This document shows positions 1 through 7,772 of a stretch of 64,000 nucleotides of DNA, piece by piece. The DNA lies in contig MU053758.1 in NCBI GenBank assembly GCA_013239625.1, positions 2,170,001 through 2,234,000 on the forward strand, given 5' to 3'. Both the position numbers and the translations under genes were made by a program. This stretch comes from Lama guanicoe. Lineage: Eukaryota. The first letter of the stretch is position 1; the number at the start of each line of letters is the position of its first letter. The notes below the pieces were generated by a model, which worked only from the letters and a program-made list of their open reading frames with translations, was not told where the DNA came from and made no database searches.

Positions 1-850
1 GTTTATCAAATCTTACCATAGGGAAGGACTTATTAAACATTAAAGTAATGGAAGAAACCTTAAAATGGAGGACAGAATTTAGCTTCATAAAAAGTAACAG
101 CCTGCAATACATAGGCAAAATGAAAAGGAGAATCAAATGGGAAAAATAGTTGCCACATTTGACATATAATATGATATTCAAAATATATAAAAAGTTCTCA
201 TATATCAGTAAGAAAAGATAGATGAACACTCAGGACAAAAATGGGCAAAGGATAGGAGCAATTTATAAAGAAGGATATAAATTGCCAATAAATGTAGACA
301 GTTCAAACTAATAAACTCCAAATGCTAATTAAAATTACATATTTTTTTTTTTGACTGGCAAAGACTTTTCAAAAACCACTATTGGTAAGGTTTGGAGAAA
401 GAGACACCCTCATATCCTGAGAACACAAATTGGTGCACCCATTCTGTGGGTACGTGGCACTTCGGCAAATCTTACCGAATGTAATGTTCATACTCATTTA
501 CCCAGTAGTTCCACTTCAAGAAATCTATCCTATAGCTGTGTCTAATAAGTACACAAGGATATATTTACCAGCTATTCAAGCATCATTTCAAGCTATTCAG
601 CATCATTTTGCATATTAAAAGATTTTTTAAAAATCCAAATGTCCATCAGAAGAGGACTGACTTTGAAATAAGTTTTAGTGCGGGTTTACAATGGAAACTG
701 GGTAGCCATTAAAATGATGTCTCTGAGAAATATTTCATGACCAGAGAAACAGCTTTCTTATAAGGCAGAATACAAACCTGTATTTAACATTTGATTTCTA
801 TTTTGTACAAATAAAAGTGTGTGTATACACAAATTTTTTTCTTCTTGCCC
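1..850 (+). mobile_element. Old degenerate L1 (L1M-type) ORF2 3' region
   Basis: A-rich with L1-like motifs (aaaaatgggcaaagga..., caaatgtccatca...); boundaries approximate. Confidence 0.6.
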
Positions 851-1248
851 AGAGAAAAGGTAGAAATAATACTTGAATGTTAACAGTACTATCTCTGAGA
901 GGTGGAGTGATGGGAGATGCCTGTATTCTTCTTTATGCTTGTTCAATGTTCTCCGTATTTTCTGTGTTGAAAATATTTCCTTCTTATAATCAAACAATAT
1001 TGTCAAAAGTCTCCTGTAAGTCCCTTTTTTGAGTGCCCACCATCGTCTAAGCATCAGGACTAGGAGCCGAACAGATGTGGCACCATTTCAGTTTCACCAC
1101 TTCCTAGCACAGACCTTGCCCAGGTCACATAATCTCTGTGAGCCTTGGTTTCTCTCCCTTGAAGTTTGGACCTTTAGCTGTTCCTCTTATGATTGTGGTG
1201 GTGGGGTGGGGTATAGTGGGCGTGCCAGTCAGCAAGGCTTCTTGGAAC

Positions 1249-1427
1249 AGACTGCTAGATATTAGCAAATGAAATACAGGACACTCAGTTAAATTTGAAT
1301 TTTAGATAAAGGATTTTTTAGTGTATCTTCCATGTGATACTTGGGACATACTTAGACTAAAAAATTATTTGTTGCTTATCAGAAATTTAGATTTAACTGG
1401 GCATCCTGCATTTTAACTGGCAACCCT
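1249..1427. mobile_element. MER53-like palindromic MITE (DNA transposon)
   Basis: Arms cagttaaatttgaattttagataaa / ttatcagaaatttagatttaactg are inverted complements; ends ...ctggcaaccct. Confidence 0.8.
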
Positions 1428-1475
1428 ATCCTAGAATGGGCTGTATTGGCTCAGGTGTGAACAGGGAGAGCTTTC

Positions 1476-1489
1476 CCAGCAGAGGGCGC
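1476..1489 (+). promoter_or_regulatory. CTCF motif (CCAGCAGAGGGCGC)
   Basis: Full match to the CCASYAGRKGGCRS core; binding not shown. Confidence 0.55.
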
Positions 1490-1827
1490 TAGGGAAAGCC
1501 ATGAAGGTGTATTGGGGGCCATGATTAGGCTGGCTGGGTGGTTCAGTGGGTTCACTGATGGGACAGAGAGAACAGCCGTGCAGAAAGGCTTGACTTGGCT
1601 CTTTAAGGTGCTTGAACTTTGCTTCTCATCCCGTAACCTTGGGGAGCACTGGAGGATTTTGAATAAGGGAAAGAACCCAATAAAATTACACTTTAAGAAT
1701 AGACACTGGTTGAGGAATGGAAAGTTGCCGCGATTAGCGGCTGACAGGTGATAGGCAGGTAACCAGTTTCAGGTGAAATCCCTTGCATGTGGATGGGACC
1801 TGGAGTCATCCTACTTTTCCATCTCAG

Positions 1828-1980
1828 GTTCACTGCATCAGCACTGAGTTCACTCCTCGGAAAAAAGGTGGAGAGAAAGGTGTCCCCTTCCGCCTCCAGA
1901 TCGACACTTTCAAGCCCAGTGACAAGGAACTTCCGCCCGAGCACCTGCATTCGGCTGGCTGCCTCATCAAGGTGTTTAAG
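1828..1980 (+). CDS. CP2-like exon (153 nt): [54 protein letters not shown]-binding domain
   Basis: Acceptor ttttccatctcag, donor gtacag; length and sequence match the 51-aa TFCP2 exon 6 as recalled. Confidence 0.93.
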
Positions 1981-4900
1981 GTACAGGCCGTACGAGAGGC
2001 CCATTTCGCTCCCTCTCAGGGCTCTCACCCTGCCTTGCTGGCTGTGTGGATCTTGCTCTGCTTTGCTATGGACCCTCAGCGTGCGGTCCCGTCTCTGGGA
2101 CTATTTCCTTCTCTGTACACAGAGGGATGGATCTCTTTCCTAGAGCCCCCTCCTGTAACGTAAAGAGGGGGCTTCTAAGGTTTCCTTGTCACTCTCCTGC
2201 AGCCTAAAGGAGCTGACCGGAAACTGAAAACTGACCGGGAGAAGATTGAGAAACAGCCCTTGCATGAGAGAGACAAGTATCAGACTGCCTGTGAGAGCAC
2301 AGTCTTCATGGAGGTGTGTGTGTGCTGGGTGACAGGGTGGGTGACGGGGTGGGAGGCGGTGCACAGACGGGAAGGTCTGGAGAAGAGACCCTCATAGTAC
2401 AAATGGGTAAACTGGTCCTCAGGAGCTGTGACTACCCTAGGATCATCACAGGCCCCCACTCCCACCCCAACCCCGTGATTCCACCTGTTTCCTGCAAGCA
2501 CAAATTGCATAGTCTGTTGCTCAAGACTTCCAGGAGCTGACTCTTTCCAGGCCACCTCACTTCTGCTCCCTCTGCCTGGAGCATCTCCCTTCCTGCTGTA
2601 GCTCCTCCAGGAAGCCTTTCCCACTCCCCTTGTAGACCTGCTGGCTAGTTCACTTTCTTCTTTGTGTGGAAATTCGGTCTAATTGTCAGGGACCAAGTTT
2701 GGCCCAAGGAGGCCCCTTGTCAGCTCCTAATAGATGGAGGAAGGTGAACCAAGAGCCACCACTGCCCCCAGAATGTCTAGGCTAACCTTGCTGTTTGTTT
2801 GCCCACAGTGTACACCATGGCCAGAGCCCAGTTTGGGGCCCCACCCGCCTCTGAGCCCTCTTGCTTTGACCTCCCCACACTCCTGCAAGCTCCTGTCCCC
2901 GGAAAGGTAAGGCAGGATCTCACCCCTTTGGGGTGAGAGTGAAGAGGAGAGCTCCTCAGCCCAGGCACTGAGGGAGGGGCAGTTCTGAGGGTGGAGCTGA
3001 GGCAGCTCCTGGGGTATCTGTGGGTGACAACGGGGAAGGGCTGGGGGCAGGAGGCTGGCTGCACTGCTCCACTGAGCCTGACTCTTCTGTTCCCCACAGG
3101 CTCTGCTCCTCACCACCATTCACCGTGGACACCTCGAGGGGCAGCCCAGCTCGGGTGAGTCTGCAACCCCTAACGAAGTGTTCCAGCCTTCTCAGCAGTT
3201 TCATCTCTTTCCAGAATAGAGTGGCCCTGCCCCCTGGTGGACAGACGTGGCATGGCCACAGAGCACAAAATGGCACTTCCCAGGGCAGGATGGGCCTCCC
3301 TATCACTTGGGACCCCCAAGGGTAGGGGCTGTTTCCCTTCTGCCTTGTTCTTAGTCCGTGGGTCTACAGTGTTCCTTGAACTGCTCTCTTTGTGCCTCAG
3401 GATCTGAACCCTGGAGCTTCCATCCTAGAGACGCAGCAATGGTTGCATCTGCACCGGTTCTCCAACTATTGCCGGATGCTGGCCAATTTCACTGGTGAGG
3501 CTGGGGTCTGGTAGGGACTGTAGGGGACTGAGGGCAGGACATTTAGGCAGGAAGCCTGTCTCTGTCCTGGTTTGTTGTGTGCCCTTCAACTTTTATTTAG
3601 AACTGTGAGTTGGCAAGCACTACGCTTGCTAGGTTTTCAGAGAGGTTAAATAACTTGCCCAAGGACACAGAGCTGGCAAGTGGCAGTGGTGGGATTTGAG
3701 TCCAAGTCTGACTCCGATGTTTGGCCATACTAGGGCTATTTGTAGATGTTGTACTGTATCCCTTGCCGCCCTTTACCCCAGACCTCTTCATTTAATCTGG
3801 CCCTGTCTCACTCTGCAGGCACTGATCTGCTGAAGCTTACCCGCCAGGACCTTATCCAGATCTGTGGGGCTGCTGATGGGATCCGCCTTTTCAACACTCT
3901 TAGAGCCAGGTGCTGGGCACTGCCAACCAGGGTCCCCTTCCTACTGCAGTGGCACTTACCAACTCAGCTGGCAGTTGTGTATCACTCAGTTTCTAGGAAT
4001 GGAGATCGAATTTTCTTATCTTCTCTCCTCCCAGGGTCCAGCGTTCATTAAATGCCTCAGAAAATGCTGGGTGGCCTCTCCCCCTAGAAACCTGGGAGAA
4101 GGCAGGGTCTCTCCCTGAGGGACGGGAGCTAAAACTGGGACCCGTCAGTTCAAGTATGAATGTAGACTATTTTCCTGGCCCAGGCCCATCCGTCACCGGC
4201 TGACCTTGTATGTTGCTCGGGAGGTCTCTAGGCAAGAGAACGAGGTTCCTAAGAACCCTGACTCAGGTGAGGTTCTGGCCTCTCCAGAAGACAAGAAACT
4301 CAGGTGGGGCTGCATGAAACCTCTTCCAGCCTGGGGAAGGGCGATGCTCCACCATTCCTGGGACCCAGGATGCTCTTGGCATTCCCATCTACCATGAGTA
4401 TATTAGTCCTCTCCTTCCAGGATGTCTCCCTGGGCTTACTTTTCCATGTTCCACACTCCCACCCCATCTGATTTTGTCATTAGTTTTAGTACATGGGATG
4501 AAAATACTATTATCCTGCCATTGAACTTGGGTTTCAATCATTCATATGGTGTCCCATCTCCTTGTTAAACTGGGGGTTCCCCTCAGCCTGAGGCCTCCCC
4601 AAATGTGAGGAATAGGAGTTGAAAATGAAGTGGATTTATAAGCCTTTCTCTTTCTTTACTCCTTCTCTCCACACCCCCATCCTCCCCATGAGGCTGCCAT
4701 CTTGCCCTCTCCTTCTGGTTCTGGTTCAGAGGGATCTGAACCCCACCAACCACTGACCCCTGCCCCTGTGCCGCCCACATCCCCAGGCTTTTATCAAGAG
4801 ATCTCTCTGGATGAACTCAGTGCTGTAGAACTCATGGGAAAATTGGCTGAGTTCCTGGCCCTCCCAGCCAATCAGATCCACCGTCTCTTCCACCAGGGCC

Positions 4901-5743
4901 CTGGGGGCATCCTCATTCTCCTCAGTGATCAGGTAAAAGGCCCCACAAAGGCCTGGATCACTCTTCCACCTCAGGCCCAGTCTCCTCCTCCCTGCCCTAG
5001 CTTATTCTGTTTGGCTCAAAGAACAGAATTGTCTTAGTAACGCTTTATCCCTTGCAGGTCATTCAGAATCTTAAGGATGAATCATACTTTGTGGCTGTGG
5101 TGAAGAAAGGTAGGGGTTTTAGAGGGAGAGGTGTGTCCGGCAAGCCCTAGAAAGGATAAGATTGTTTATATTGGCTCCTAAATGAGATTGAAAGATTCCA
5201 TGAAGGTGTGTGTGTGTGGATGCTTTGTCCCAATCAAGGGGTAAGTATCTTCTGAATGCTAGCTTTGTGTCAGAGGGGATAGATTCATAAAAGACAGCTA
5301 TTTACTGCTTAGGGAAAATGCAACTGAGTAAATGCATTCTCATGAGGGAAAAATACCCTAGTTTCTACATCAGGGAGTTTTATTAGCAGGAGAGGTAAGG
5401 ACTCTGCTCTCCCCTCCCCACTATTGTAAGGGCAGGTGCTTGTTAGACACCACCTGGAGCAGAGCACTTCTGATCAGTTGGCTTGTGGCCTGGTTATTCA
5501 GATGCCTGCCCTCTGTCCCTCCCCTTTGCTGCGGTACCCAGGGAGGCTTCCTAAAGAGCTAGATTCACGGTGGGGCAGAAGACCACTTGGATGTGGCAGA
5601 TGCACTACAAGCTGTTTGGAGGTTTGGGAGCAGCATAGTCATGGTCGTTGGGTTCCCACATCATCCCAATGGTGCCCCCCACTTTTTTTTTTTAACTGCT
5701 TTCAGTGCAGAATCCAGATGGGTACTACCTGGTTCTGACCTAG
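1828..5743 (+). CDS. Divergent CP2/LSF (TFCP2/UBP1/TFCP2L1)-family transcription factor, 3' part: 10 exons, 921 nt = 306 aa + TAG; 5' exons lie upstream of the window
   Basis: join(1828-1980,2203-2313,2809-2906,3100-3154,3401-3494,3819-3909,4184-4266,4787-4932,5058-5109,5706-5743). All introns are GT-AG, phases are consistent and there is no internal stop. Motifs [60 protein letters not shown] are diagnostic of the LSF subfamily. Confidence 0.93.
2203..2313 (+). CDS. CP2-like exon (111 nt): [37 protein letters not shown]
   Basis: Acceptor ctctcctgcag, donor gtgtgt; PKGADRK recognition-helix motif. Confidence 0.92.
2809..2906 (+). CDS. CP2-like exon (98 nt): [32 protein letters not shown](R), Pro/Ser linker
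   Basis: Acceptor tttgcccacag, donor gtaagg; starts with C(S/T)PWP as in LSF proteins. Confidence 0.88.
3100..3154 (+). CDS. CP2-like exon (55 nt): (R)[18 protein letters not shown]
   Basis: Acceptor ttccccacag, donor gtgagt; needed to restore the frame between the phase-2 and phase-0 neighbours. Confidence 0.82.
3227..3240 (-). promoter_or_regulatory. CTCF motif (CCACCAGGGGGCAG)
   Basis: Full match to the CCASYAGRKGGCRS core on the minus strand. Confidence 0.55.
3401..3494 (+). CDS. CP2-like exon (94 nt): [31 protein letters not shown](G), SAM-like domain N-half
   Basis: Acceptor tttgtgcctcag, donor gtgagg; QQWLH..RFS....NF motif. Confidence 0.92.
3819..3909 (+). CDS. CP2-like exon (91 nt): (G)[29 protein letters not shown](R), SAM-like domain C-half
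   Basis: Acceptor ctctgcag, donor gtgctg; conserved DLLKLT/ICG/DGIRLFN. Confidence 0.92.
4184..4266 (+). CDS. CP2-like exon (83 nt): (R)[27 protein letters not shown](G)
   Basis: Acceptor tttcctggcccag, donor gtgagg; RLT.YV motif. Confidence 0.88.
4787..4932 (+). CDS. CP2-like exon (146 nt): (G)[48 protein letters not shown]
   Basis: Acceptor catccccag, donor gtaaaa; resembles the LSF C-terminal Y..I.L.EL...EL..K.A ... QGP.GI..L.SD pattern. Confidence 0.9.
5058..5109 (+). CDS. CP2-like exon (52 nt): [17 protein letters not shown]
   Basis: Acceptor tcccttgcag, donor gtaggg; matches the penultimate LSF exon (IQN...E..F). Confidence 0.88.
5706..5743 (+). CDS. CP2-like terminal coding exon: [12 protein letters not shown]
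   Basis: T-rich tract then ctgctttcag acceptor; 12-aa tail aligns with the LSF ...ND.YHIILK* ending; TAG at 5741-5743. Confidence 0.85.
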
Positions 5744-6108
5744 GCCCAGGGATGCCCCACTGCAAGAGAAGACTGGTGCCAGCCTGGTTCTCTGGGGTCC
5801 TTGCTCACTAGAAGCCCTGTTCAAATCTTCGGCTGCTTCACCAGGCTCCAGGTGAAGTGCCAGATCGTGTATCCTACCCCTGGGAGGAGACAAGCAGCCC
5901 CTAGGCTCACATTTCTTTCTGCTCAGAAGCAACAGTTGTTGGAACCCTGGGGACACAAGGGTCTCACCTCCCAAACTGAGCTGAGCTGGCCAAGCCTGTG
6001 AGGCAAAAAACCCAGTAATGTGGATAAGGGGCTTTTGCCCCAAGCTCTGCTGCTGAAGCAGAATGTGTTAATTCATGTTTATTTAAAATTTTATTCACCC
6101 ACTTTTAA

Positions 6109-6114
6109 ATTAAA
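6109..6114 (+). terminator. Candidate poly(A) signal (ATTAAA) of the CP2-like gene
   Basis: ATTAAA ~370 nt after the stop, followed by a U/GU-rich stretch (cttttcttttttgttagtttggg); a second ATTAAA at 6299-6304. Confidence 0.5.
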
Positions 6115-7766
6115 CATTAATTTAAAAGGAGATGTAATCTGACTTTTCTTTTTGTTAGTTTGGGCAAAAATTTAATCACTAAATCCTCCAAAAGATTATT
6201 CACTATTACATTCTTCAGTTCTGGAGATTTGGGAATTACTACAGCTGTTCTTGAACAGTGAGGCTACAGGGCTTTATTTATATTCTAAATGTAGTTGAAT
6301 TAAAATCGATCTTTTAACTTTGTTTCTTTCCCTATATTAAGGTCATAATTTCCTATGCATATTTTTCAAAGTTTAAATTTTAATACTGTTTCATTTTTAG
6401 GCCTATAATCTACCTGAAACTGATTTTTTTTGGTGTATCTTTTTTTTCCATGCAGAAATCCAATTTTATATTAAGTGCTTTTTTAAAAAGACAAGTGATA
6501 CTGGGCTGTATTGTATTCTTATACATTTCACCCCCTTCTCTGAAAATTTTATTATGAAAAATTTCAAACATACTGAAAATAGAAGACCAAATCATTTGCA
6601 TGGAGTGGAAAACAGGCCAAGGTGCCTTCATTGATAATTAACCTCATTTATCATTTACTGACCATGTCTGATGAGTCTTAAATCAGGTGGCCTCTGGTTA
6701 GGGAGGGCAGGAGGGAGGAATGCCCTAAACATTGGCAGAACTGGTGAACATAACTAAAGAACAGGAGAACACAAAGGCTGATTATAGAAGTTCAAAGACC
6801 CAGAACTTGCCTCCCTCAAAGCCCAGGCTGCTTCAATACAGACAAGACAGCAGGCACCTGGAACGGACCATGGGGCCCCAGATGACCAATCCCGACCAGG
6901 TTTTTACCTCATGCAAGATAAGTGGATTTCAAGTGGGGCCTATGATTTCACGGGGCTCCCTAAGGGTGTTGCAGGGCAGGGAAGATATACTGAGATTTTC
7001 TCCCCATTGTGTGGGGGAGGAGGGGATTATTTATTTACTTAAGTTGAAAAAACCTTTTGAACCCAGGACCTCATGCATGCACTCCACCACTCCTCCCTTG
7101 GATACCCTGAGATTTAAATCTACGTTGCTGATTTGGCTCCACTGCTTATCTCTACCAAAAGGAGAGGGACCCTGTTGCATTAGCCTCTGTGTATCTCTTA
7201 ACGGAGGAGCCTCTGGCACAGACTAGATACAGAAATATTTGTTGAAACAGGGAATAAAAGCAGGTAACATATGAGTGTTTATGATGTGCCACTATTATCA
7301 CTTAAATCTTCAGGATTCTAAAGCAGGTACATTATCCCGACTTTACCAGTGAATAACTGAGACAGATGGAGCTTTTAATTATGACACTACTCCCTCTCCT
7401 TCCCAGTCCAGGCAAGGCAAGGGCAATGCTCTGCACAGGTAAGGGACTCAGGTTGAACTGTTACTATCAAAGTAATTAAGACAAAGGTTTTTAGGAACTC
7501 TTGATTTATATTATGCCTTCCGCTTTTCTTAGAGACAAGTGGAGTTCAGGTTAAGTAAAGGCTATTGAAAAGGTACTAAGTAAAGATACTAAATAAGAAA
7601 TAAAGGGCATTAATTAAAGAATAAGAAAAAAAATAAGGATGCAAAAAAAGAAGCCCCTTCAGCCTCAGGAGCCTTTTACAGTTCAAGGGTTCAAGGAAGT
7701 TAAGAATCACAGCTCCAAGTCAGGCTATTTCCACAGCAAAATGAGAAGTCTTCACAGCTTATTTCC

Positions 7767-7772
7767 TTTAAT
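7767..7772 (-). terminator. FBXL20: Likely distal poly(A) signal of FBXL20 (ATTAAA)
   Basis: Minus strand reads ...TGTAACTATTATTGTTTCCTGTATG...GATGTAATTAAAGG: three UGUA motifs (plus-strand taca at 7773, 7799, 7818) just upstream, with U/GU-rich sequence downstream. Confidence 0.55.

Noticed and set aside
570..608. Small tandem duplication (agctattca(a)gcatcattt x2)
   Set aside because: Local slippage inside a dead L1; no sign of function.
2280..3325. Several overlapping antisense or alternate-frame ORFs over the CP2-like gene
   Set aside because: Expected in GC-rich sequence with few stops; no motifs.
1828..5743. Calling the plus-strand gene TFCP2L1, UBP1 or TFCP2, or a processed pseudogene
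   Set aside because: Too divergent from my recollection of those highly conserved proteins and in the wrong neighbourhood. It has introns and an unbroken frame.
6732..7226. 164-aa ORF between the genes
   Set aside because: Non-ATG start, no recognisable domain and no splice support; likely chance.
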